Position numbers and translations under genes: made by a program
DNA from: Ancylonema sp.
Lineage: Eukaryota
Assembly (NCBI GenBank): GCA_050230475.1
Contig: JBFLGF010000036.1
Location: forward strand, 1 to 64,000
DNA: 64,000 nucleotides
Direction of reading: 5' to 3'
Notes under the pieces: generated by a model
The model's database searches: none
What the model was told of the DNA's origin: nothing
What the model saw: the letters and a program-made list of their open reading frames with translations, nothing else
Shown here: piece by piece, positions 50,086 to 63,471 of the stretch
How positions within the stretch are numbered: the stretch's first letter is position 1
Layout of the letters: every line of letters starts with the position of its first letter

Positions 50086-51136
50086 GATTGAAAAACACTG
50101 ACTTCGAGTCCTTAAAAAAAAGAGTTTCGAGTTACACCTTCAGCATTCAAAAAAGCCGCTTCAAATCATTTGTCACAAACAATGGACGAATGGGACACAG
50201 GGATGGCATTTATTATGCGTAGAAGACGTGGGCGTGATACCAAAGTGCATTGATGCATCTACTTTGTAACCCCCATTCGCTTGGACGGCCTTCAGTCATT
50301 TTTGTGGAAGTGCGTTAAGTATGGAGGAATGACGAGTGGAACGGCTACCTTCACATAGATTGTTCCAAATTCACAAGATGCACTGTGTACGCCATTCCAA
50401 CGCTCATCATACCCTCCTCCAACATACACTCATCAGCACAAGCAAAACAAGTATAATTACATCATAAATAATGAGGGTGAGATGACGCGACCTGGGTCCG
50501 ATCGTGGCTATCACTGTTTGCTGAAGCGTAGATCACTAATGGTGATGGTAATGGAAAACTCACAAACACAACGCATGGATCATAAAATAGATGTGTAAAA
50601 TTATATGACGCACACTCTAACAACAGTATGTCAAACGTTGTTTTATATTTTTCGAGCAGCTCGATATATTCAGCAGTGTTAATTGGCACTCGGGACGCCA
50701 AACCAATTGCGGGAACAGCCGCACCAAACTGTCACGAAAGCCTATTGTCACTCACAATATCAATGCGAATTTTTGCTGCACTCGTGCAAGATCAAAACTC
50801 TACATGCACATGTGCCACCGCACCTAAACGGTGCTGCCTGTCACATCCGACTCAAAACACAGTTGAGCGACAACAATATGTCGCTACACTTCACCATGAA
50901 CATGTTGGGCTAGGTGCTAGGAACATTACGTACTAACGCTCACAACCGCGAGCGTGGCCGAGCTACTAGCACAATCGCAAACGATATGACACTGTACCAC
51001 ATCACCAATGGTAGCATTTAACGGTACAAAAACTCAGTGCCACAGTGCACACATCATGCTCCTCAGCTGACACAGCTGGCCCTCACCCTGAGAGAGTGTG
51101 ACCGTATCCGTCATCTAGAAGGGCTTATCATGGCGC

Positions 51137-52758
51137 TCAACCTCCCACTCCACTTTCCTCCATTGCTGCCAGCCGGTTTACTGAAGGTGAACTTGGAGTC
51201 CCAGATTCCACCACCTCCTCCGCCTCTGGCTCTGCTTTTGCTGCTGTTGGGAACGACCTTCCCTCGGCCGCCTCCAACATATCAGCAGGAAAGGCTGAGC
51301 GAAGCTCACGAATTTCCGGTATTTGTGGAGAGGTCAATGTGAGGGTGGGCACAGGAGGGGAGAACACGGCACGTATTCTCGACCTTATGGCAGCAGCCAC
51401 TTTATAGGTAGAGTAGGCAGCTAGAGCAGCACCTGCAATGCGAGGCTGGAAAGATGAGGCATTTCCGTTCTCTCTACAACCACCACACTGCAGAGTTGAG
51501 GTCTAGAGTGGAATCTTCATGCTTTACTCCACACCAAATTTTCCGGTCCTATCCATTCTCCACACCAAACTTCTGGACTGTCTTGAGATAATGTAGAAAG
51601 GCAGTGGTAGTGAAGCGGAATGTGATGTCATTGGATCTTTTGCAGATTCCTTTTCCCCTATTTGTAACTAGTGCCCGAGCTCTTTGAAATTCCCCAATGC
51701 TGAGCACATATCAGGTGACATACTCACGTGACCAAACAGCACACCGGATGCGCCTCATACCCTTCTTCATCACAAAGTTCTGTAAGGCCCTGGGATAGAG
51801 GCATGTAATGAGTTCTCACCAGAGAAGCATGAAATGAAGGAGACAACTCCCATGACAGCGCCCGCGATCGCCAGAGACCCCAACAGAATTGCAGAGGAGG
51901 AGATGATGGCCGTAATGATGAGGAAAAGGACCACAAATGAACACACTCCCCAAACCGTGAGAAGAAAAGTGAGCGCAATGCATATGATTACTGTAACGGA
52001 GGTGAGCAGGATGACAGAGAGCAGGCCCAGAGTAAAACTGGTTCCAATGGCCGCCATCTGAAAGGGGCGGGCAGGAGCGATGGAGGAAACGATGGAGCGT
52101 GGTCAGTTTTATTTCCATCCAATTTTTTTAATTAAATGACTCCAAGCTGCAATAGGGGGCACAGATACCAATACAATCAATGTTCGACACATTAAACATG
52201 ACACTCCTGTCCAGGAGAGACCATCACCTCAGACCAATAGCTCCCTTTAGTATCACGTCACTTGATAATCGCACATTTCAATTCTGACGTCAGTTCACAA
52301 CTGATGCAAAAAAAAAAATCCTTTCTGCACATTCTAGCTTGATTTCGCCACGAGCACTCTCTAGCACGTCCTCGATATTAGCCCCTTGCTAGCACCACAA
52401 CGTGATAATCATATCCCTCGTCGAGACAGCATCCTGTCACACTATGTCAACCTCGTCCTTCCATCCGATTTCTTACAGTGGCCATGAGAATACGACGCCA
52501 GAGAGAGCCACCCAAAGTCCATCGCCACAGTCGATCACATTTCTGCCAGCTGGCCGCTTGAAACCGTGGCCATTCTGCGCGAACGACGGCTACCCAGTAT
52601 TTGGCAGTCTTAACGACAATCCCTTTTATGCCCCCATGGCCCGGCCACTCTCCCTCGCGATCGCTGGTGCCATTCTCCATCAAGATGGTCGCATGTTTTT
52701 TCATTCCATTCAGCTGTTGACTGTCTTGTTTTGTAGTCATACCTTCCGCGACGTCCAT
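51137..52758 (-). CDS. Membrane/lipid-droplet protein resembling LDIP (promethin/LDAF1-like), 3 exons
   Basis: Splicing joins ...WRWTLGGSLWRRILMAT | a ~80-aa uncharged hydrophobic exon (52057-51820) | AALAAYSTYKV...; the pattern recalls plant LDIP; start codon uncertain. Confidence 0.6.
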
Positions 52759-53282
52759 ATCAGAAGAAGTGATACCTGGCAGTTTACCTTGGTATGGACA
52801 CCTGAAGTACATATCTATGCTTGACTGACGCCCCGAACGGCCATCTACAGTCATTTGTGATGAAGTAGTACTTGTCGGATCAGTATTTATTATTTGCCTG
52901 TAACTCGAGGTGATAATTTATACAGATACTACTTGAGAGTAAACAAGACAGGCCAAGTGAAATTTTCTGGCGTCCGATATTACGAGCACGACCTGACAGC
53001 CTGAGAATAGCACTACAAAAATCCTGGGGCCGACATGCAGCAATACCTGTGTCAAGCAGCAGCTTTGCAAGATGTTGGATTAAGGCTAGCTCATATCGAA
53101 ACGATCAGAGAGGTATCTATTTGCAAGGACGCTAGACGTTAGACCCGACATGACATACGAGGGGCTTGACCTTGGATACATTGACACGCTCGCGCTCGCA
53201 GAGCCAGAATCTGACACGTAGTTACAGCGTACAGTCGCAATTTGGCATAAAGTCTGAGCAAATGAGCCATCGGTAGCATGGC

Positions 53283-53455
53283 GCCCAGTCCCCAGTCGTA
53301 GACTCCCGCCCCATGGACTGGAGACCGGCCAGTCGGGACTGGGCCCAGAACTTTGTTTGGACGTTTTCTTGTCTACTGGGACACGGACTGGACACGTGCA
53401 AATTAGACTAAAAGGATGCGATATCAGACTGGGTGGACTGGAATTAGACTAGACA
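53283..53455. repeat. GACTGG/CCAGTC-motif-rich dispersed repeat
   Basis: Third cluster of the same motif. Confidence 0.55.
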
Positions 53456-56329
53456 CAGTTGTTTAAACATGTGAACTAAAAATCCCCATCCAAAAATATA
53501 TCATTCCAACAAAAGAAAAACTTTTAAAAAAGTTAAATGTTTTGGATGTGGTTGTGACCGATTTTTTCCCCCAACATTTATTTGGAAAAAAAATCTGGCA
53601 CACACAAATATATCCGACAAACACGTGAAGTATTAGATCGGAAAATTAAGAATCAGATTGATTGAGAGTGGAACGGGATGCTCACGTGTGCAATACACAA
53701 ATTGATTGGTGGATTGGATCCGGACTAGACCTAGTCCTATGAGACTGTACCATCCCATTAGACCGTTGTCTTTGGGCTCCAAATAGATTAGGCTCGGTTC
53801 TGATGCTAGATATCGGTGATTCTATTTTTGCGTGGGATACCTTCAGATGTTGTGTGAGAACATGATTGTTGTATGAGAGAAATTGGGAGGCAAATGCACA
53901 TAAGAATATGACGCATGAACACACTACATGCGGTTTGCGGGTGTGTTGAAGCACACACATGCAACTTCAACACATACTTAGAATAAATTTCGATTTATCA
54001 AATCCGCTTGTTTCTTGTCCCTCTACATACGTAGTTATGCCATCATGACCCTAAAATTGTCACATCAGCGTGGTGAGCCGCTCTAAACGTGTATAGAAAC
54101 TGATTTGATGATAATGATGATAATGATGATGAATTTCTTTTTTCTTCGATGGAACACGATTGCCCCAATTGAATAGAGTGTCTCGACTGTTTTGGTGAGT
54201 GGTATACATGCAGTCATATAACATGACAAACATGAACCCAAATGACAGCTCAGGAGTGGACACTATATTTTAATTGCAAGTTGTCTAGAGAGGACAATGA
54301 AAGTTTTGAAACCAATATTATGTTTTACAAACAACAAAGACTGAAATCAGCGAGGAGAAACTATTATCTCGTGGCTTGAAACAATGATGGCGAATGTTAA
54401 AAAAATGGGCATGAATGGAGTTGGCTATGACTAACATCACAATCCTTTCTCGGTGAATGACACTGTGGTCATTCTCCCATGTCAATGCTTCATGAAGTAG
54501 ATTTTTTCAATTAAAGGTGAAGTTCCTCTATGGATTTACATGCTCCTCTTTCCAACTCCCTCCATGATCCCCACTCTTATTGTGTATAACACGCTTGTTC
54601 TCCCGTAAGTGGAGATAATCAATCTGCAAAATATGATAACAACATAAAAACATGCATCGATGGAGCAAACCTGCGTTTTCTGTTTCCTCTAGCACCATGC
54701 CTCAAGATTCCAAAACAATCAGACACACATAGCACACACTACTAGCGAACGATATTCCACTTGCCCCACCTTCGATACAAGCAACCTCTCTCACTAGCCG
54801 TGAGCAATGAACCCATGGAAAAACCAAATGAGAGAAATTTACCGTTTGTGGATCGAGGGTGACTAGTCCATAAGTCTCAAGGGGGCCTTCCCCCGCATCC
54901 ACACTCGAAGGAAAGAAGTGGTCCGGAGCACGAGGCATTTTGGGGGGGGGGTTGCCAAATTGTATGCGTTGGCGAGGGGAGAGGTCAAACCACGAATCGG
55001 CGCGCAACTGACAACCACAAAGCATGCCTCGAATTCACCACACATCTCTCCTTCCACGATTCATAGTGCCCCTTTCACTATCAAGGTGGTATGCATTCAC
55101 CATTGTAGAATGACGAGAAAATTGGCCCCTCTCACCAAAAACGTAATATTTTCACTACTTCTCATGTCCTTAAATCGCCAATTCATCAATTTCAAGCAGT
55201 AGCCAGAACAAGAAGCACATTCAACTACCCCGACAGGCAGGCACCCACTTTCGCTTTGCGGGCATCCTTCTCTCCCGCTCTGATCACGTCCAAAGTTCCC
55301 GCCACTCGATATTGTTGATAGGTGTCCACAAAACTCCAACAAACCTGCACACATCGCCATGATTACAAGTATCATTGCAGCGATGTCAACGATATAGCGC
55401 CCAGCCCTTCCAAATACCTCGCCCCACGCACTATGTTCAATGTCTTCCACTTTATCGCTGCGGATGTCGGTCCAGAACTGGATTTGATCACTCTCCCCAA
55501 CACAGCCTCTGCAAAATAATACAAATATGAGAGGAGGGGAGAGAGAATTCGAAGAGCAGAGGAAGGCCTTCAACGTGGCCTTCATGATACTTGAGTTTTA
55601 AAACAATGAGACAGTCCGAGTTCGGAAGGTGGGCCCTACTCACCCTTTCTTGAAATCTTTCTCAATTATGGGTGTGCATTGTTACGTTACTGTTAATATT
55701 CACAGATTTTTTTAACGATGGTAATGATTGGAGGCATTTTCCTGGCCATGGCGGGCAGATTCAAATGCAGTAATAAGAGACAGCGAGGGGCACCTGAATA
55801 CCACGGTGCGGTTAGAAGGCTTCCCATCAGGCCGCACTGTGGCCTGGACCGGACATCACAGACAGGAAGTTAAGGTACCAGGCAGAAGAAGGCGTCCTTT
55901 GCTGACTGGCGATGAGTCAGCCCGCTACCAGAATGACCCCGGCAAAAGCGTTGATGCATACAGTACCGTAAACATGCTGTGGTAGAGAAGACTCCCACAT
56001 GAGTGAGATATTACGAATGACAGATTGTTCGAGTGTGTGATTTCCGTACTCTTACAGGTCAATCATAACGCTACTGGAAATGACTCTAATCGGAGTTTCT
56101 CTCTGGGGTCCGTACCAGCTGAAAGTAAGCGGAAGATTTGTTATGCTTGTTCGCTTCTAGCGACGCCAATATTGCGGTGCGCCAAGTGGGCAGCATTGGA
56201 GAGGCCATCTGACGTTCAACGTCAGCAGCGAGGGCACGTAATCTAAAACGACTGGGCGAAGAAGCGATCGAATTCTGAGAAAGATTGTAAGTTTCTAATG
56301 CTGAAGGGATGCGGATGTTGGGTATCTAG

Positions 56330-56640
56330 CATGGGCCTCTGGAACGCGAAGAGGTAAGCCTAGCTGAATTTGAGCGCTGTCAGAAGAGGAAGTTATCGGG
56401 TACGTCCCCTGAAACGGACAGCTGTGTGAGACCGAGTTGCAGTGGAAGGGACGGAAGCGACGTGGAGTGGCTTCATTTCGTCAGCTGGCGACTTGGCATG
56501 CCGAGCCATCTCCAAAGTGTCCGTAATTGTGAAAGCTGCTTCGCACGTGAGCCTTCCACTCAGATCAGGAAAACCAATCGAAATTGGTTATGGGGCAGTG
56601 GAGAAACTGGGCTCGTGCGAAATAAGTTGTGCGTGCGGGT
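56330..56640 (+). mobile_element. Possible decayed hAT transposase C-terminal dimerisation region
   Basis: Across frameshifts reads DLACRAISK / NCESCF / IRKTNRN / AVEKL, echoing hAT LA.R.LS..CER.F..RN.L...KL. Confidence 0.3.
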
Positions 56641-56785
56641 TCACCAGCTGTACTCCCGCCAACCTGGGGAATATCGCGTATTTCCTCCTCCTGTGGGATT
56701 ATCAGAAACAGACACAATGAAAGTACGGTATCGCAAGCTGCGATTTTTGACACGTACGAACATGGATTAAATAAACAATATAATA

Positions 56786-59120
56786 TCTTTCCATCTTTCT
56801 AACCACAAATTAATCGAGAGTTTGACACCTTGATATACCCTTTATATATGGTGAAACATTCCACAACTTGTTTCGTTAGTAGAGTCAAGCTAAAATTCGA
56901 ATCATCCCGATGAGCGCTGCAGTCGAAACAAATCTTGCTCCTAAAAACAAGCATACCAGTCCACGAGTGTAATTTCCCCTAACACTTCTCATCGTTGTGC
57001 ATGCCACAAGTGATCCGGTACAAGACATGATTAGCACGCATGAAAGCACTCCTATCAACTTTTGATTGATGTGAAACAATCGATGTCGATAAGCCTTTCC
57101 CGACACTACTTCACTCACTCTCCAACGTTTTGAAGCCAAGATTGATTGAAGACGTGTGCGTTGATTCGATATCGAGTGGAGGATGACGCAACATAAAACT
57201 GAATGATGAAAATAACAACTAATCATAGACGTCTTGGATCTTGTCTAATATCGACAGACTCGCTTTTGGGCACCATGTAACGTTTGAGTGTTATTCAATT
57301 CACCCAATAAAAATCAATGGTGGAAGGCACACGCAATGATTGTTTACGCGCTATCGCTTGCCCCTTACATTTATGGTCAAGATATTAGTTTTTGATAGTA
57401 CAAATTCTATATCATACATTCTCACAAGGACATTTTTTCTCGTCATGTCTAATTTTAATATTGCCTCTTACATTTAAGTGACCGACCAATGTAGCCCATG
57501 TTTGCATAACTCGTATCATCGAGTAACTTCCACACTACAAGCTACATTAGCAGCCGAGCTTCATTTCTTGCATCCACATTGTCATCCACCTTTATTCATG
57601 GCACCTTCATACATTTCGAGTCCCAATAACCTTGTACAAATTGATCCGATCCACCCTATTCATAATTGTTTAGGGATCATCATCTTTGCGCAATATGGGT
57701 ACCGACCGACTTTCCCCCTCCAAATCGTCTTCGTTAGGGGCACTAGCACCCCACGTTACGAGCACAAAGAAGGGCGATTTTGTTCCTTTATAAAAATATG
57801 ACGTCCTAACACATGCGGATGTCGATTGGGTACCACAAATAATAATCGCACGTCACAAAAGTCGTTTTTTTCATGAGGGTGGCCATATAGAATCCGTACT
57901 CATTCACTCGCCAATCGGCCAATACCGTATCGGCATGATTTCACCCCCAACTTGTTTTGCTAAGTGTTTTACGCATCCCCCCATCTTATACCCCCAATTG
58001 ATTTCGAGCCCCCCACCCACTAGTGTCGAGTACGGTCACGGGTACCCACACACCCACTCCTAACTCGACCCCGACCCCGACCCCTTTCCAACCGTGTCCC
58101 ATCCCTATGATGTTAGTCCATAATGAATTGCGAGTGCGATTATAATTAGGAATGTTCCAAATGTCTCACCATACGCAATTTTCATAATTTCTTCGTAGTT
58201 GCGGTCAATAAGTTGCACACACAGTTATGCCACTAATTATGTATGTCGGACAATAGACAATTGTGTGTCTATATGGTCCATCTTTCCATCTTTCCATCTT
58301 TCCATCTTTCCATCTTTCCATCTTTCCATCTTTCCATCTTTCCATCTTTCCAACCACAAATTGGTCGAGAGTTTGACACCTTGATACATCCTCTATATAC
58401 TGTGAAACATTCCACAATTTGTTTCGTTAGTAGAGTCAAGCTAAAATTTGAATCATACCGATGAGCACTGCATTCAAATTGTACAAATTGATCCGATCCA
58501 CTCTTTTCATAATTATTTAGGGATCATCATCCCTGCACAGTTTGGGTACCGATAGACTTTCCCCCTCCAAATCGTCTTCGTTGAGGGCACTAGCATCCCA
58601 TGTTACGGGCACAAAGAAGGGCGATTTTGTGCCTTTTGAAAAATACGACGTCCTAACACATGCGGATGTCGATTGGGTACCACATATAATATTTGACGCA
58701 CGGCATACGCGTCGTTATTTTCATGAGGGTGGCTATATAGAATCTGGACTCATTCACGTGCCAATCGGCCAATACCGTATCGGCATGATTTTACCCCCAA
58801 AAAAAACTTGTGAAGTATTTTACGCATCCCCCCATCTTATACCCCCAACTTAATTTCAAGCTCCACACCCACCGGTGTCGAGTGCGATCACGGGTACCCA
58901 CACACCCACTGCTAACTCGACCCCGACCCCATTCCAACCGTCTCCCATCCCTATGATGTTAGTCCATAATGAATTGCGAGTGCGATTGGAATCAGGAATG
59001 TTCCAAATGTTTCACCATACGCAATTCTCATAATTCCTTCGTGGTGGCGGTCAATAAGTTGCACATACTATTGAGACGTTAATTATGTATGTCGGACAAT
59101 ATACAATCGTGTGTCTGTAT
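56786..59120. repeat. Tandem duplicated non-coding repeat (units ~56786-58275 and ~58340-59120; the second lacks ~700 bp) with a (CCATCTTT)n array at the junction
   Basis: 56813-56928 matches 58365-58478; 57631-58275 matches 58479-59120; the C-rich block ending GTCCATA also occurs near 21000 and 28900. Confidence 0.88.
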
Positions 59121-61490
59121 GGCGATTTGTTGGGGGCACGGGTGAATGTGCTTATATGGCGAATTGTTGCGGGCACGGGTATTTGCGTCCGTACGATAAT
59201 ATGGCACGTGCGTGGGTATTTGCGATATTTTAATAGATTTGCACGTGTGCGGGGACACACATTTATCAAGCGAGTTTCGGTTCGCAATAGAAGGCCTTAA
59301 TTATTGAAGAACGCCATGATTGCTCCGCCACTTGCGCCAACATTCCCGGAAAACGCTTCAAGCCGCGTGTTGGCAATCACTTGGAGGTCCACATACGTCT
59401 CTGAAAAAAATTGATTCGGTGTAGCAACACCACGATAGGAGGAGTGTGGGTTGGCGGGTTAGTCGACGATAATTGTCTAAAGTCACAACAAGGCTTAGGG
59501 TGCTGCGTTGTTGGTTAAAAGTATGCTACACCATAAAAAGCTTGAGACGGCAATACAACTAGACGGCAGAACGGCAGGAGACGCTTCGTGTCAGCCATGC
59601 ATTGCATCTTAGTGATTTGGGTGACGAGGTTAAGAAAATACTTGGCTAGGAACTAAGTAGCAAGTGTATTTGACGGCATGCCGGATTTTTGGCGCCGCAA
59701 AACGATCGTAGGCAGCTAGGCAGCTAGGAAGCAAAGAAAAGGTACGAAACTATAATCTTTGTGCACAAATCTCATTCGATCTGTGTACACCTCGGGAACT
59801 CCCGTCAAATTCACTGTTAAATCATTGTGTAATCTGAATCCGAGTTTGGCTGGCAAATTTATCTTAGTGCATTCTTTGTGCATTGGAGTGGAACTTTTGC
59901 ATCCAATATAGATTGACACAAAATTGCAGCACACATATCCATTCGAGTTTTGAACACCTTACGTCCAGAACAGACATTACCTTGCCATAGGGTAGACTAT
60001 AAATTAATATTTGGCGTGCTTCATAGACTAATGTATGTACAATGGCAATTTATTACCTTGCATAAGGATAGTGCAGATCTCGACTAGATTTTGTAACGCG
60101 TGAGTGCGGACACGTGTAATTTAAAGTAGCGTTTCGCGCATGTGGAGTGTATTTGACGTTGATGTTCGTTACAACGATAAGATGGCACGTGAGAGTGTGG
60201 CACGATGCTAGATGGGACGACACGGCATAACGGACACATGCCCCATTCTAGTCGGTACGCTGTACGGAATGCAAGGATACGGTACGGATGGAGCGAATTT
60301 ATGAGAAAAATCCAGTGCAGGGGGGGATATCTCGGAGAATCTAATGAAAATTGGGAAAAGTACCTACCTCCGAGGTAAGTGAAACCCTTCGATTTCCGGC
60401 GGCCAAGATCCACGGACGTAAGAGTCAGAGAATGTAACGAAATCCGTCCATTGCTTTTGGTCGGCTTTTCTGAGCCATTCAGAGCAATTCCCTGTGTGAT
60501 TTAGAGCCTTCAATCGAAGATATTTCGCGAAATTTACGAGCGAATGTGTCAGAGAATCCAAAGAAACTGGGAATCGCGAATCGAGCAGTTTTCAGTTCAA
60601 TTTTAGACCATCTACCTGCCGCGGGGCTACTTCCCCTGCTTCTACTTCACACGTGTGCCTCTCACACAGGCACGTCTCAGCTAGCCCTCCTCCACCTCAC
60701 GGTGGGCCGCGTTTAGATTCGGTGGCTCAGCTTTTCAAAATGGTCCCTCCGTACACAGCAAGTGCTCCCAATGCCTGACACTTGCAGTCACACGCGCGTC
60801 TACAGGCAGAGTCCAGGGTAATTCAGTGTATGGCCAGATATTTCCAAATTTTTACATGGGATTTGTTACCAAATTTTGATGATGAAGCGTCCGGTCCACA
60901 CCGCTAAGCGACTAGAATTCGCCGCAGTAAACGGCTGCGGGAGTACATAGTTGGAAAGACTACCTGCTCCTGCTGCTGCTGGCCAATACTTCCTCGAGAC
61001 TGCAGGTATAGCTTCGTTTCGTACAATCTGCACAATCCGTACGATCGATCAGTTTCCGGTTCTCCACTCTATTCATCGCCTCCAAATTATCTCCTCGGCC
61101 ACCTACCGGGGATCACCTCTAATAGCAGAGGGTTTTCACTGTTTCAGGATCAGAAGTAGCACATTCTAATGCCAATTCAGCTGATTTACAAGACGAGCCC
61201 TCTGGACTCGACTGTAATTTACCAAATGCAAGCCGACTCTGGGAGCGGTGCAATATCGCTTTTCTCGGAATCTTCCTTCTCACAGACGGCAGCAAAAAAT
61301 TATCGCTGTAGAACGAGGATACTGTAACTAGGTGCACAACGCGCTGGAAAAAAATGATTCTCGCTACCATGTTCTCACACAGAAAGCAGCACTAGGACGT
61401 TTCCCTCCTACTACGCGAATATTCCCGAGCACGAGTTTTGTGGTACAGGAGTTGATACCGTGACATGCTCCCATAGTACATCGCCTCGCA

Positions 61491-63471
61491 GGTGGCGGAT
61501 GGGTGATGACGTGTCTGAAGTGGAAGCGAGAAGTGGGCGGAAGCGGAGAAAAGTTGCGGAGATGGGTGACCACCCGTGCGTGGAGGTTCACTACAGAAAT
61601 CTCACCAAGTGAGGGCCTGGGGACATGGCAATGGGGGTGGATAAGGCTTGCACCTCTGTTTAGGACGGTGTGATAGAGTAATGATCGTTCTATCGAGTAG
61701 TCAATCGGCAGAACACACACCGGGCCCTCACTGGCTATGCCTCTTGCTGCATGCTGCCCTTATCGAAGCATCTGCACTGCGCATTCAGAGAAAGTCGGCG
61801 ACGGCTCCACTCCATGATCGAGGATTGGTCCACCTGGCAGGCCACACATGCGAAGGTAGCACTCCTTATTTCTGGCACCACCGGTGGTACCCGGGTCCTG
61901 CACCTTAGGTAGTCAGATTCAGCTGCTGAGCTGGCGCCAGGTGGGGTTGGAGGTGGCTGCAGGGGAAGAGTATGGAGAGCGGGCGACACACATAGTGGCC
62001 GACCTTCGGTGGGGGGGAGGAAGGGGCGGTGGTGAGGGGATGCCGAACCCTGAACCCTGAACCCTGAACCCTGAACCCTGAACCCTGAACCCTGAACCCT
62101 GAACCCTGAACCCTGAACCCGGAACCCTGAACCCTAAACCCTAAACCCTGAACCCTAAGACCCCCGGAGTCTCAAACCCTCCGCTGTCCTCCACTTGTGT
62201 AGTTGGTATGGGAAGAGCTTCCGCTCCGCCACCTGGCGTCCCACAACGCTCCTGCCCGGAACAGCAGTGCCTTCAACGTAGAGTACGAGGAGGACAACGC
62301 AGTCCCCGCCTACGACCGCCTCGTGGACGGGGCGCTGGGAGAGGCAGTAGACACCTCCATCCTCCCCAAGGAAGCCCCTAGGTGCTGGAACTGCGGCTCC
62401 TACACGCACGCCCTCAGGGACTGCCCCAGGCCCAGGGACCAGCTGGCAATCAACGCTGCCAAGGAAGGGCAGCAGGGGCGGGGAGGGGCTGGGCCAATGC
62501 CCCGCTACCACGGTGGGATGGGGAGGGATGCGGCTAAAAACTTTCAGGATCTGAAACCGGGATCCCTCTCAGCGGCAGCCAGGGAGGCGCTGGGGATTGG
62601 GGTGAGGGAGGGGAACTCACTGGAGCTGGCCAGCTTAGGTTCAGAGGGACCTAAGCTGACCTTGCTTGGATGTCTCCTTTCCTTGATCGCAGGAGACTGC
62701 CCCCCCTCCGTGGCTGCACCGCATGAGACAGTTCGGTTACCCGCCTGGGTATCTAGGTACACCCACCGCTGTCAGCCCAGGGCAACTGAATGTGGAAGAA
62801 ATTCTAAAGTTGGATTCTGGCATCTATAAGAAGAAGTGTGTCTGTGGGGTGTGTCAGGGTTCGTGGCGAGCGAATCGGATCTCAGTCTCGCCATAATCGA
62901 CGGCTCTGAATCCCCCCCCCCCCTTGCCACAGCGGCGGAAGATGTGGAAGAGGGGGAAATGAGCCCTGAAGCAGGAGATGATACCCCCTCCCCACTTCTC
63001 CCAAACCCAGAAACACCTCTTCAGCCTCTCGTGCTGTTTCCAGGGGTGAATGCCCCCCCCCCTCCTGACGCCAATCTGAGCGAATGGGGGACTCAACCTC
63101 CCCCCCCCTCACAAAGAGATGAGTGGGGCCACTCCCACAATCCCTCCCTGGAAGACACAAGGGAAGAAAGGGGGGCAGGTTATGGGGAGTATCGGCAACC
63201 CCAACATCACATGCATCACCCGCCAAGGTATCCCTATGGCGCTGCTAGCGGGCACGGGTACGGTTACTATGATTCCTCGCAACCGTACGTACAGGGGCGC
63301 CCCTGGCTGGATGTGCCAACTGCAGCTGCCAACGCGGCTTGGAGCCTCGCAGCGGAGGCCTGTCTTTTGGTGGTGCCTAGAGAAGTGGATTGCGGGAATG
63401 CGGCATCAGCGCATCCGTATATGGAAAGTGGAGGGAAAGAAGAGCTTCCCGATATGGACATGTCAGATTGA
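61491..63471 (+). CDS. ZCCHC8: ZCCHC8-like zinc-knuckle/PSP protein (NEXT complex); 5' end unresolved; one exon has an in-frame TAG
   Basis: PCVEVHYRNLTK|ESRRRL...WSTWQ, VPAYDR, RCWNCGSYTHALRDCPRPRD, LKPGSLS...EALGIG|ETAPPPWLHRMRQFGYPPGYL, PGVNAPPP. Confidence 0.85.
62046..62157. repeat. Telomere-like array (AACCCTG)n with a few AACCCTA units, intronic
   Basis: About 16 heptamers; reverse strand reads TTCAGGG/TTTAGGG. Confidence 0.93.

Noticed and set aside
40894..52758. PRUNE, transaminase, peptidase and LDIP-like genes as a metabolic cluster or horizontal transfer
   Set aside because: Unrelated functions, mixed orientation, intron-rich and plant-like; ordinary gene neighbourhood.
54702..55985. 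ORFs of 85-162 aa as genes
   Set aside because: No recognisable motif or consistent splice path; could be decayed coding DNA but cannot be supported.
61993..61995. Stop-codon reassignment as the cause of the in-frame TAG
   Set aside because: TAG ends MO25 and the kinesin, TAA ends AP2M and TGA ends SBPase at expected positions, so the standard code applies.
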